Assembly: GCA_035649175.1 (NCBI GenBank) | Contig: DASRKB010000084.1 | Span: forward strand, 9,730-73,729 | Direction: 5' to 3' | Length of the DNA: 64,000 nucleotides | DNA from: Burkholderiales bacterium | GTDB taxonomy: Bacteria; Pseudomonadota; Gammaproteobacteria; Burkholderiales; SG8-39 | Shown here: positions 41,203 to 51,117 of the stretch, in pieces | How the letters are laid out: every line of letters begins with the position of its first letter | How positions within the stretch are numbered: the first letter of the stretch is position 1 | Made by a program: the position numbers and the translations under genes | Notes under the pieces: model-generated | The model's input: only the letters and a program-made list of their open reading frames with translations | Told to the model about the DNA's origin: nothing | The model's database searches: none

Positions 41203-42366
41203 ATGCCAATGAGCGACTTTCTCTTCACTTCCGAATCGGTATCCGAGGGCCATCCCGACAAGGTCGCCGACCAGATCTCCGATGCCGTGCTCGACGCGAT
41301 TCTAAAGCAGGACAAGACCTCTCGCGTCGCGGCCGAGACGCTGGTCAAGGACAACCTCGTGGTGCTGGCTGGCGAGATCACCACGAACGCGCGCGTGAAG
41401 TACGAAGAGGTCGCCCGCAACGCCATTCGGCGCATCGGCTACATCGATCCCTCGCTCGGGTTCGACGCCGACACGTGCACGGTGCTCGTGCAATACGGCC
41501 AGCAGTCGCCGGATATCGCGCAGGGCGTGGACGAAGGAAAGGGCCTCGACCTCGAGCAGGGCGCCGGCGACCAGGGCCTCATGTTCGGCTACGCCTGCGA
41601 CGAGACCCCGAGCCTCATGCCGCTGCCGATCTACCTCTCGCACCGCCTGCTCGAGCGCCATGCGGAGCTGCGGCGCAACGGCAAGCTCCCCTGGCTGCGC
41701 CCGGACGCGAAGTCGCAGGTGACCATGCGCTACGTGAACGGCAAGCCCGAGTCGATCGACACCATCGTTATCTCGACGCAGCACGCTAGGGACATGGAGC
41801 ACAAGAAGCTCTCCGAAGCGGTGATCGAGGAAGTCGTGAAGCCGATGCTGCCGAAGACCATGGTGAAGGGCAAGGTCAACTACCTCATCAACCCCACCGG
41901 CGCGTTCGTCATCGGCGGACCCAAGGGCGACTGCGGCCTTACCGGGCGCAAGATCATCGTCGACACCTACGGCGGCTCCGCGCCGCACGGCGGCGGCGCG
42001 TTCTCCGGCAAGGACCCCTCAAAGGTGGATCGCTCCGCGGCCTACGCGGCGCGTTACGTGGCGAAGAACATTGTCGCCGCGGGCCTCGCCTCCAAATGCC
42101 TGGTGCAGGTCTCCTACGCCATCGGCGTTGCGCGGCCGACGAGCGTGATGGTCACCACGCAGGGCACCGGCAGGATGTCGGACGACGCGCTCTCGGCGCT
42201 CGTCACCAAGCATTTCGACCTGCGCCCCAAGGGCATCATCCAGATGCTCGACCTGCTGCGCCCGATCTACGAGAAGACCGCGGCGTACGGCCACTTCGGC
42301 CGCGAGGACCGCGACTTCACCTGGGAAGCGACCGACAAGGCCCTAGCGCTCAAGCAGGCGGCGTAG
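41203..42366 (+). CDS. metK: S-adenosylmethionine synthetase
   Basis: [29 protein letters not shown]...[12 protein letters not shown]...DTYGG...[24 protein letters not shown]. Confidence 0.96.
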   Translation: MPMSDFLFTSESVSEGHPDKVADQISDAVLDAILKQDKTSRVAAETLVKDNLVVLAGEITTNARVKYEEVARNAIRRIGYIDPSLGFDADTCTVLVQYGQQSPDIAQGVDEGKGLDLEQGAGDQGLMFGYACDETPSLMPLPIYLSHRLLERHAELRRNGKLPWLRPDAKSQVTMRYVNGKPESIDTIVISTQHARDMEHKKLSEAVIEEVVKPMLPKTMVKGKVNYLINPTGAFVIGGPKGDCGLTGRKIIVDTYGGSAPHGGGAFSGKDPSKVDRSAAYAARYVAKNIVAAGLASKCLVQVSYAIGVARPTSVMVTTQGTGRMSDDALSALVTKHFDLRPKGIIQMLDLLRPIYEKTAAYGHFGREDRDFTWEATDKALALKQAA

Positions 42367-43029
42367 CTAGAGCTTCAGGTTCAGCACTTCCTTCACCGGG
42401 GCGGCGTGCTCGCGCATGAGCGCCTCCGCGCGCGCGCCCTCGCGGTTCTCCAGCGCCTCGACGATCGCGTGGTGCTGCCGGTGCGCGTAGCCCAGGACCG
42501 GCAGTAGTTGCGCCGGATCGCGGCTGAAGGCGACCGCGCTCGCCGAGGCGAACGGCACATGGTCGTTGCGGGCGAGCGCGTCCGCGACGATGCGGCTACC
42601 GGCCCCCTCGACGATGAGCGCGTGGAAGCGGCCGTTCATCTCGCTGTAGCGCGCTTCGTCCGCGCTTTCGAAGCGCCGCCTGGCGAGGATGGCGTCGCCC
42701 TGGGAAAGGCATTCCCTCAAGGACCGTACCAGCTCGGGCGCCGGCCCCCGTTCGGCGATGCGCCGCGCGGCGAGTCCTTCGAGCACACCGCGCGTCTCGA
42801 TCGCGTCGAGCACGTCCTGTGGGCTGAACGCGCGCACCACGTAGCCACGCCGCCCGGCCGCGGCGAGCAGGCCTTCGCGCGCGAGCGCCGGCAGCGCCTG
42901 CCGGATGGGCGTACGCGATACCCCCAGCCGCGCCGCGAGCGCCACCTCTGCCAGACGCTTTCCGGGCGCGAGCTCACCCCGCAGGATCATTTCCCGCAGC
43001 CGGAGAGCGACGTTTTTGTATCCAATCAC
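42367..43029 (-). CDS. GntR-family regulator with an FCD-type ligand domain
   Basis: LRLREMILRGELAPGKRLAEVALAARLGVSRTPIRQALPALAREGLL (winged HTH) plus a helical C-terminal domain. GTG start. Divergent from the ligM-like operon. Confidence 0.88.
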   Translation of the reverse strand: MIGYKNVALRLREMILRGELAPGKRLAEVALAARLGVSRTPIRQALPALAREGLLAAAGRRGYVVRAFSPQDVLDAIETRGVLEGLAARRIAERGPAPELVRSLRECLSQGDAILARRRFESADEARYSEMNGRFHALIVEGAGSRIVADALARNDHVPFASASAVAFSRDPAQLLPVLGYAHRQHHAIVEALENREGARAEALMREHAAPVKEVLNLKL

Positions 43030-43066
43030 CCCGGCTCCATGGGAAAAGGGAGCGCTGGAGGGGCTG

Positions 43067-43080
43067 GATTGGATCCAATC
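43067..43080. promoter_or_regulatory. Perfect 14-bp palindrome GATTGGATCCAATC, candidate operator of the GntR regulator
   Basis: Read directly in the divergent 93-bp intergenic region. The 8-mer ATCCAATC recurs at 43020-43027, across the regulator's own GTG start. Confidence 0.45.
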
Positions 43081-43095
43081 ATTGCGATAGAGTAG

Positions 43096-44517
<1,422 letters not shown>

Positions 44518-44530
44518 GAGGAGTCCGGCC

Positions 44531-45637
44531 ATGAGCGCACCGTTCCGCGCCGACCACGTCGGCAGCCTCCTCCGCCCGCACGAGCTGCATGACCTGCGCG
44601 CGCAGGTGCGCGCGGGCAAGGCCGACGCCGCGAAGCTGCGCGAGGCCGAGGACCGCCTGATCCGCGAGGTGGTGCAGCTGCAAGAGGACCTCGGCCTGCC
44701 CGCGATCACCGACGGCGAGTTCCGCCGCGACTGGTGGCACATCGACTTTCTCGCCGGCTTCGACGGCATCGAGCTCGTCGCCGAGGAAGATCCCTACCAT
44801 GGCATCCAGTTCAAGGGCGCCGAGGCGAAGCCGCCGACCATGTTCGTGAGAGGGAAGCTGCGCCGCACGAAGCCGAGCATGGTGCCCCACTTCGCGTTCC
44901 TGAAGAGCGTCGTCAAGCGGGGCGTGCCGAAGTTCACCATGCCCTCCCCGGCGATGCTGCACGCGCGGGGCGACCGCGAGTCGATCCGCAAGGCCTACCC
45001 GAACGCCGACAACTTCTGGGCCGACCTCACGCAGTGCTACCGCGAGGAGATCGCGGAGCTCTACAAGGCCGGCTGCCGCTACCTGCAGATCGACGACACC
45101 ACCATCGCGATGTTCGGCGACCCGAAGGTGCAGGAGCAGTTCCGCAAGCTCGGCGACGATCCGAAGAGGGACGTGGCGGTCTACGCCGAGGCGGTCAACC
45201 AGGCAATCCGCGACGTGCCCGACGACATGACGGTCGCGATCCACACCTGCCGCGGCAACTTCAAGAGCACCTGGCTCGCGAGCGGCAGCTACGACTACGT
45301 CGCCGAGACCGCGTTCTCGAAGATAGACGTCGACGGGTTCTTTCTCGAGTTCGACGACGAGCGCTCCGGCGGCTTCGAGCCGCTGCGCCACGTCACTAAG
45401 GGCAAGCGGGTCGTCCTCGGGCTGGTCTCTTCCAAGGTTCCCGCCCTGGAAGACAAGCAAATGCTGAAGCGCAGGATCGAGGCCGCGTCCCAGTTCGTCC
45501 CTCTCGAGAACCTCTGCCTGTCGCCGCAGTGCGGCTTCTCGAGCACGCACCACGGGAACAACCTCACGGTCGAGCAGGAGAAGGCGAAGCTCAAGCTCTG
45601 CGTCGACACGGCAAGAGAGATGTGGGGGGAACTCTGA
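44531..45637 (+). CDS. Short cobalamin-independent methionine-synthase-like methyltransferase (MetE C-terminal-domain family)
   Basis: FRADHVGSLLRP...ITDGEFRR..W...YLQIDD...AIHTCRGN...LSPQCGFSS (His/Cys/Cys zinc-ligand pattern of the Meth_synt_2 fold), 368 aa. AGGAGGAG Shine-Dalgarno. Confidence 0.85.
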   Translation: MSAPFRADHVGSLLRPHELHDLRAQVRAGKADAAKLREAEDRLIREVVQLQEDLGLPAITDGEFRRDWWHIDFLAGFDGIELVAEEDPYHGIQFKGAEAKPPTMFVRGKLRRTKPSMVPHFAFLKSVVKRGVPKFTMPSPAMLHARGDRESIRKAYPNADNFWADLTQCYREEIAELYKAGCRYLQIDDTTIAMFGDPKVQEQFRKLGDDPKRDVAVYAEAVNQAIRDVPDDMTVAIHTCRGNFKSTWLASGSYDYVAETAFSKIDVDGFFLEFDDERSGGFEPLRHVTKGKRVVLGLVSSKVPALEDKQMLKRRIEAASQFVPLENLCLSPQCGFSSTHHGNNLTVEQEKAKLKLCVDTAREMWGEL

Positions 45638-45972
45638 AGGCGATCCCCGACACCACGATCTTCGACCTGCGCGCCTCGCGCCGGGGGTTGCGGCTGAACA
45701 AGATGTGCGGCTCGCTGTGCTCGCCGGAGAACCGCGCGGCCTTCAAGCGCGACGAGGAAGCCTACATGGCGAAGTTCGAGCTGACCGAAGAGGAGAAGAA
45801 CCTCGTCCGCAAGCGCGATTTCGCCGGACTGATCCACGCCGGGCTCAACATCTACTGGATGCTCAAGCTCGGCTCGGTCACCGGCAACAGCCTCTACCGC
45901 ATGGGCGCCCAGATGCGCGGCGAGTCCTACGAAGAGTTTCTTTCCACGCGAAACTTCAAGGATGCCGTCTAG
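45622..45972 (+). CDS. Extradiol dioxygenase small subunit (LigA-like)
   Basis: IPDTTIFDLRASRRGLRLNKMCGSLCSPENRAAFKRDEEAYMAKFELTEEEKNLVRKRDFAGLIHAGLNIYWMLKL parallels LigA (...ENRERFKADESAY...RDYNAMIDEGGNVYFLSKL). GTG 45622 is proposed as the start. Confidence 0.8.
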   Translation: MGGTLKAIPDTTIFDLRASRRGLRLNKMCGSLCSPENRAAFKRDEEAYMAKFELTEEEKNLVRKRDFAGLIHAGLNIYWMLKLGSVTGNSLYRMGAQMRGESYEEFLSTRNFKDAV

Positions 45973-46813
45973 GATCGTCGGCGGGATCGGTCTGTCGCAC
46001 GTGCCCTCGGTGGGCGTGGCCTACGACCGCGGCAAGCTGCAAACGCCGGCGTGGAAGCCGCTCGCCGATGCCTACGTTCCGGTCAGGGCGTGGCTGGAGA
46101 AGCTGAGACCCGACGTGGCGATCGTGGTCTACAACGATCACGGCGCCGACTTCATGCTCGAGAAGTACCCGACGTTCGCCATCGGCGCGGCGGATTCCTA
46201 CGCCATCGCCGACGAGGGCTTCGGCACCCGCCCGCTGCCCACGGTGCGCGGGGATGCGGAATTCTCGTCCCACGTCATCGAAGGCCTCATCGAGGACGAA
46301 TTCGACCTGACGGTCTGCCAGGAGATGGGCGTCGAGCACGGCTTCCTCGTGCCCATGAACCTGTGCTTCGAGCACGGCCCGCAGGGCTGGCCGGTCGCCT
46401 CGGTGCCGCTGCAGGTGAACGTGATCCAGCACCCACTGCCCACCGGGCCGCGCTGCTTCAAGCTCGGCCAGGCGCTACGGAAGGCGGTCTCGTCCTACGA
46501 GAAAGACCTCAAGGTCATCGTCATGGGCACCGGAGGGATGTCGCACCAGCTGCAGGGCAAGCGCTTCGGGTTCATGAACGAGCGGTTCGACCAGATGTTC
46601 CTCGACAGGCTCGAGTCCGACCCCGAAGAGCTGGCGAAGCTCTCGCACGAGGAGATCATGGAGCAGGCGGGCGCCGAGGCGGTCGAGCTCATCATGTGGC
46701 ACGTCATGCGCGGTGCGCTCTCGCCGCAGGCGAAGCGCGTGCACCGCCACTACTACGCGCCCATGACCACCGGGATGGGGCTGATCACGTTTCAGGAACC
46801 CCAGGCGACATAG
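45962..46813 (+). CDS. Class III extradiol dioxygenase catalytic subunit (LigB-like; protocatechuate 4,5- or gallate-type)
   Basis: GIGLSHVPS...VVYNDHGADF...PTFAIG...DEGFGTRPLP...VEHGF.VP...GTGGMSHQLQG...DPEEL...VELIMWHVMRGAL tracks LigB (SHIP.., VYNDHASAF, DVDHG, GTGGMSHQLQG). Confidence 0.9.
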   Translation: MPSRIVGGIGLSHVPSVGVAYDRGKLQTPAWKPLADAYVPVRAWLEKLRPDVAIVVYNDHGADFMLEKYPTFAIGAADSYAIADEGFGTRPLPTVRGDAEFSSHVIEGLIEDEFDLTVCQEMGVEHGFLVPMNLCFEHGPQGWPVASVPLQVNVIQHPLPTGPRCFKLGQALRKAVSSYEKDLKVIVMGTGGMSHQLQGKRFGFMNERFDQMFLDRLESDPEELAKLSHEEIMEQAGAEAVELIMWHVMRGALSPQAKRVHRHYYAPMTTGMGLITFQEPQAT

Positions 46814-47919
46814 CCACCCGCCAGCGCGGCGATCGCCAGCGTGAAGAGCAGCCGCCGCACGGGGCGGTCGCTTACCATCCTGCGCAAGAGTCCGACAGGC
46901 CGCGGCACGCGCCGATCGCGGCGCGACGGCGACGACAGCCGCTCGAGCGCCTTGGCGGCGTCGAATTGCCGCGAGAGGGGCAGGCGCGTATCGGTGGCGA
47001 TGGCGCGCGCGGGCGGCGCTTCGCTGGTCGGCGTCGGGCTCGGTTCGATTCTCAGCGTGCGCGTGCCGTCGGTCTCGTGAGACGCGGGGCGGGCGCGCAG
47101 CTCGGCGAAGCAGGTCGAGAGGTCGCTGGCGAGCTCGCGCGCGTCCTGGTAGCGCACCGCGGGATCTTTCTTCAGCGCGCGAGCGAGCACGAAGTCGAGC
47201 ATCGCCGGCAGCTCGGGGTTGAGGCGCGAGGGCGGCTCGTGCTCCTGGTGGGTGACGTTGTGCATGATCTGCGTCATCTCTTCGCCGCCGAATAGCTTCG
47301 TGCCGGTCAGCATCTCGTAGAGCACGATGCCGAGCGAGAAAATGTCGGAGCGCTGGTCGACGGGCTGGCCGGCGACCTGCTCGGGCGACATGTACCTCGG
47401 CGTGCCCAGCACCATGCCGCTGACCGTCTTGTGGTCCGCCGCGCGCATGCGCGCCAGGCCGAAGTCCATGATCTTCGCGTGCCCGCTGTCGAGCAGCATG
47501 ATGTTGCCCGGCTTGATATCGCGGTGGACGATACCGCGCTCGTGCGCGAAGGCGAGCCCGTCGGCGACCTGGCGCGCCACCTCCACCGCCTCGGCGGGCG
47601 GCAGCGCGCCCTCCTGCAGCCGCGTGCGCAGGTCGGTGCCCTCGAGCAGCTCCATGGCGAGGTAGGCGACACCGTCCGCCTCGCCGAAATCGTGCGCGGT
47701 GACGATGCTCGGGTGCGTGAGCTTTCCGGCCGCCTTCGCCTCCAGGAAGAAGCGCTTGCGGTACTCGTCGCGCCCTTCGGCGCCATCGGCGACGATGATG
47801 GTCTTGAGCGCCACCACCCGGTCGAGCGCCGGGTCCTGCGCCCGGTACACGACGCCCATGGCGCCGCGCCCAAGCTCGCCAAGGATCTTGTAGCGGCCAA
47901 TGGTCTTCTTCTTCGCCAT
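46792..47919 (-). CDS. Hanks-type Ser/Thr protein kinase with a C-terminal membrane anchor
   Basis: LGRGAMGVVYRA...VALK...HRDIKPGNIML...DFGLA...GTPRYMSPE. C-terminal TM helix LLFTLAIAALAGGYVAWG. Convergent 22-nt overlap with the ligB-like gene. Confidence 0.9.
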   Translation of the reverse strand: MAKKKTIGRYKILGELGRGAMGVVYRAQDPALDRVVALKTIIVADGAEGRDEYRKRFFLEAKAAGKLTHPSIVTAHDFGEADGVAYLAMELLEGTDLRTRLQEGALPPAEAVEVARQVADGLAFAHERGIVHRDIKPGNIMLLDSGHAKIMDFGLARMRAADHKTVSGMVLGTPRYMSPEQVAGQPVDQRSDIFSLGIVLYEMLTGTKLFGGEEMTQIMHNVTHQEHEPPSRLNPELPAMLDFVLARALKKDPAVRYQDARELASDLSTCFAELRARPASHETDGTRTLRIEPSPTPTSEAPPARAIATDTRLPLSRQFDAAKALERLSSPSRRDRRVPRPVGLLRRMVSDRPVRRLLFTLAIAALAGGYVAWGS

Positions 47920-48590
47920 CAGTAGCTCGCCCTGCGCACCAGCTCGCGCCAGTAGGGCTGCACTTTCTGCGTCATTGCATCCACGAAAGGCTCCCGCCCC
48001 TCCTTGGCGACGCGCACGCCCACGCCGCCGCCGACGAGCGCGAGCACGAGCACCAGGCTCGCGGCCGCGTAGCGCCGGTTGCGGCGGCGCGGCGCCGCGG
48101 CATCGGGCACGAACACTTCATGGCGCCGCAGGCCGCCGTCGGTGAACGTGCCTGCCGGCCCGAGCGTCGCCTCGAGGCCCGGCTCGAGATCGGCGAGCGC
48201 GTCGCGAAAGCTGCGCGAGGCGAGCAGGCGCGAGGCGCCGGCGTGCTCGGCGAGCGCTGCCGCGACCGCGATGCCGTCTCCGGTCATACCGCCCTTCTCG
48301 ACGACCTGTACGGCGCCATGATTGATGCCCGCGCATAGCGGAAGCCCGGCGGCCGACGCGGCGAGCGAGCGCTCGGCGAGGCGCAGCGCGCCGCGCGGGT
48401 CGCCCAGCACTACCACGGCCGCGCCGTCGGCGGCTTCCAGAACCACGCGTGACCCCGGATGGAGCTCGGCCAGCGTGACGGCGAGCGCGGCCTCGAGCTG
48501 CGCCCGCAGCCGCGCCTGCTCGCTCGCCGCGCGGCGGGAGAATTCGGGCACCTTCAGGAACACCACGGTGGCGACGGGGGACGCACTCAT
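47919..48590 (-). CDS. Membrane-anchored protein with a degenerate class III nucleotidyl-cyclase-like domain (function unknown)
   Basis: ATVVFLKVPEFSRR...VVLEAADGAAVVVLGDP..AL..A......LCAGINHGAVQVV......GDGIAVAAALAEHAGASRLLASRSF has the layout of a cyclase homology domain, but Lys replaces the first metal Asp and Ala/Leu replace the Asn/Arg pair. TM helix near the C-terminus. ATGA coupling to the kinase. Confidence 0.6.
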   Translation of the reverse strand: MSASPVATVVFLKVPEFSRRAASEQARLRAQLEAALAVTLAELHPGSRVVLEAADGAAVVVLGDPRGALRLAERSLAASAAGLPLCAGINHGAVQVVEKGGMTGDGIAVAAALAEHAGASRLLASRSFRDALADLEPGLEATLGPAGTFTDGGLRRHEVFVPDAAAPRRRNRRYAAASLVLVLALVGGGVGVRVAKEGREPFVDAMTQKVQPYWRELVRRASY

Positions 48591-48621
48591 CGGACCGGCA
48601 GGATGCAGCCTCCGGGCATCT

Positions 48622-48649
48622 TTGAAAAGGAAATACGCCGGGTTAGAAT
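48622..48649 (+). promoter_or_regulatory. Candidate sigma70 promoter of the ahcY leader (TTGAAA-N16-TAGAAT)
   Basis: TTGAAA at 48622-48627 and TAGAAT at 48644-48649, immediately upstream of the riboswitch. Confidence 0.5.
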
Positions 48650-48654
48650 TTCCC

Positions 48655-48727
48655 CCGCTGAGGAGCGTTGCGTCCCCGCCCCGGGGTCAGGCTCAGCGAA
48701 ACGCATTACCCCATCAACGGCGCTCGC
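48655..48727 (+). promoter_or_regulatory. S-adenosylhomocysteine (SAH) riboswitch
   Basis: Conserved boxes GAGGAGCG...(hairpin CCCCG-ccc-CGGGG)...TCAGGCTC...AACGGCGCTC. P1 pairs GAGCG (48663-48667) with CGCTC (48721-48725). Located upstream of ahcY, the classic context in beta- and gammaproteobacteria. Confidence 0.85.
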
Positions 48728-48756
48728 ACCGGAAACGGTGCGGGCGCTTTGCTTTT
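48721..48756 (+). terminator. Intrinsic terminator / expression platform competing with riboswitch P1
   Basis: CGCTCGCACCG-GAAA-CGGTGCGGGCG (11 bp with one G-U pair) followed by CTTTGCTTTT. The left arm reuses the CGCTC 3' strand of P1. Confidence 0.55.
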
Positions 48757-48772
48757 CCGGAGACCGTTTGCC

Positions 48773-50188
48773 ATGAACGCAGCCGTCGTAGATCCGAAGT
48801 TCACCGATTACCGCGTCGCCGACCTAAAGCTCGCGGACTGGGGGCGCAAGGAGATCCTGATCGCCGAGTCCGAGATGCCGGCGCTCATGGCGATCCGCGC
48901 CGAGTATGCGACGAGAAAGCCATTGAAGGGCGCGCGCGTCGCGGGATCGCTGCACATGACGATTCAGACCGCGGTGCTGATCGAGACGCTGAAGACGCTG
49001 GGCGCCGAGGTGCGCTGGGCCTCGTGCAACATCTTCTCCACGCAGGACCACGCCGCCGCGGCGATCGCCGCGAGGGGGACACCCGTTTTCGCCTACAAGG
49101 GCGAGTCGCTCGACGAGTACTGGGAGTACACCCACCGGATCTTCGAGTTCGGCGCTCAAGGGCCGAACATGATCCTCGACGACGGCGGCGACGCCACGCT
49201 TCTCGTGCACCTCGGGCAGAAGGCCGAGCGGGATCGCTCGGTGCTCGCCAAGCCGACCAGCGAGGAAGAACTTTCCTTGTATAGGGCAATTGAAAAGCGG
49301 CTCAACGCCGACCCCGGCTGGTACTCGCGCGTCGCCAAGGACATCAAGGGCGTCACCGAAGAAACCACCACCGGCGTGCACCGCCTCTACCAGATGGCGA
49401 AGGAGAAGCGGCTGCTCTTCCCCGCGATCAACGTGAACGACTCGGTCACCAAGTCCAAGTTCGACAACATCTACGGCTGCCGCGAGTCGCTCGTCGACGG
49501 CATCAAGCGCGCGACCGACGTGATGGTGGCCGGCAAGGTCGCGGTAGTCGCGGGCTACGGCGAGGTCGGCAAGGGCTCGGCGCAGGCGCTGCGGGGCCTG
49601 CAGGCCCAGGTGTGGGTGACCGAGATCGACCCGATCTGCGCGCTGCAGGCGGCGATGGAGGGCTACAGGGTGGTGACGATGGACTACGCCGCCGACAAGG
49701 CCGACATCTTCGTCACCGCCACCGGCAACTTCAACGTCATCACGCACGGGCACATGAAGCGGATGAAGAACAACGCCATCGTGTGCAACATCGGTCACTT
49801 CGACAACGAGATCGACATCGCGAGCCTCAAGGCCTGCAAGTGGGACAACATCAAGCCCCAGGTCGACCACGTCATCTTCCCCGACGGAAAGCGCATTATC
49901 CTGCTCGCGGAAGGAAGGCTGGTGAACCTCGGCTGCGCGACGGGCCATCCCTCCTACGTCATGAGCTCCTCATTCGCCAATCAGGTGCTCGCGCAGATCG
50001 AGCTCTTTACCAACACGGCGAACTACCCCGTCGGCGTGTACATCCTGCCTAAGCACCTGGACGAGAAGGTGGCGCGCCTGCAGCTTTCCAAGCTCGGCGC
50101 GATGCTCACGGAGCTGACCGACGAGCAGGCGCGCTACATCGGCGTGGCGAAAGAAGGCCCCTACAAGTCCGACCATTACCGGTACTGA
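48773..50188 (+). CDS. ahcY: Adenosylhomocysteinase
   Basis: [30 protein letters not shown]...ILDDGGDAT...TTTGVHRLY...[11 protein letters not shown]...GHFDNEID...HLDEKVARL...YRY. Confidence 0.96.
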   Translation: MNAAVVDPKFTDYRVADLKLADWGRKEILIAESEMPALMAIRAEYATRKPLKGARVAGSLHMTIQTAVLIETLKTLGAEVRWASCNIFSTQDHAAAAIAARGTPVFAYKGESLDEYWEYTHRIFEFGAQGPNMILDDGGDATLLVHLGQKAERDRSVLAKPTSEEELSLYRAIEKRLNADPGWYSRVAKDIKGVTEETTTGVHRLYQMAKEKRLLFPAINVNDSVTKSKFDNIYGCRESLVDGIKRATDVMVAGKVAVVAGYGEVGKGSAQALRGLQAQVWVTEIDPICALQAAMEGYRVVTMDYAADKADIFVTATGNFNVITHGHMKRMKNNAIVCNIGHFDNEIDIASLKACKWDNIKPQVDHVIFPDGKRIILLAEGRLVNLGCATGHPSYVMSSSFANQVLAQIELFTNTANYPVGVYILPKHLDEKVARLQLSKLGAMLTELTDEQARYIGVAKEGPYKSDHYRY

Positions 50189-51117
50189 TGAAAGTCCTCG
50201 TGATGGGCGCGGGCGGCGTCGGCGGTTATTTCGGCGCCCGCCTGCTGCAAGCCGGGTGTGAGGTCATCTTCATCGCCCGCGGCCGGCACTTGGAGGTGCT
50301 GCAGAAGGACGGCCTGACGCTGAAGAGCCCGCTCGGCGATACCAGGATCGCCGTGAAGGCGCTACAGGATCCCGCGCAGGCCGGGAGGGTCGAGGTGGTG
50401 CTTTTCTGCGTGAAGCTATGGGACACCGAGGGCGCCGCCGAGCAGGTTAAGCCCGTGATCGGTCCGGAAACCATCGTGATCCCGTTCCAGAACGGCGTCG
50501 AGTCGATCGAGCGTCTCAGGAAGGTCCTCCCGGAGAAGTGCGTGATGGGCGGCTCGGCCTACATCGGTACTCGCATCGCCTCGCCGGGGGTGATCGAACA
50601 CACGGGCACGATGGCGCGCATCCGCTTCGGCGCGCTCGTGCCGGCGCAGCGCCAGCCCGCAGAGCGCTTCCTCGCCGCTTGCCGCAAGGCAGGCTTTGGC
50701 GCGGAACTCGAGGAGGACATCGTCTCGATCAACTGGGAGAAGTTCATCTTCCTCGTTGCGCTTTCGAGCGCCACTGCGGTGGCGCGCGCGCCGCTTGGCA
50801 TGGTGCGCTCGGATCCCGATCTGCGTTGGCTCTTCGAAGAGGCGATGCGCGAGACCTACCGTCTTGCGCTCGCGAGAAACGCGAAGCTGCCGCCCGACTT
50901 CGTCGACAAGCAGCTCGCCTTCGCCGACTCGCTGCCGGCCGAGATGCGCGCCTCGCTGCTGCACGACCTGCAGGCCGGCGGCAGGCTTGAGGCGCCCTGG
51001 CTCTGCGGCGCAGTGGCGCGCATGTCGCGCGAGGCAGGGCTCGACGCACCAGTGAATCACGCGGTATATGCGGCGCTCAAGCCTTACATCGGTGGATCTG
51101 AAGTCCAAGCTCGCTGA
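50188..51117 (+). CDS. panE: 2-dehydropantoate 2-reductase (ApbA/PanE family)
   Basis: [19 protein letters not shown]...VLFCVKLWDT...NGV...NWEKF...SLLHDLQAGGRLE. ATGA overlap with ahcY. Confidence 0.85.
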   Translation: MKVLVMGAGGVGGYFGARLLQAGCEVIFIARGRHLEVLQKDGLTLKSPLGDTRIAVKALQDPAQAGRVEVVLFCVKLWDTEGAAEQVKPVIGPETIVIPFQNGVESIERLRKVLPEKCVMGGSAYIGTRIASPGVIEHTGTMARIRFGALVPAQRQPAERFLAACRKAGFGAELEEDIVSINWEKFIFLVALSSATAVARAPLGMVRSDPDLRWLFEEAMRETYRLALARNAKLPPDFVDKQLAFADSLPAEMRASLLHDLQAGGRLEAPWLCGAVARMSREAGLDAPVNHAVYAALKPYIGGSEVQAR

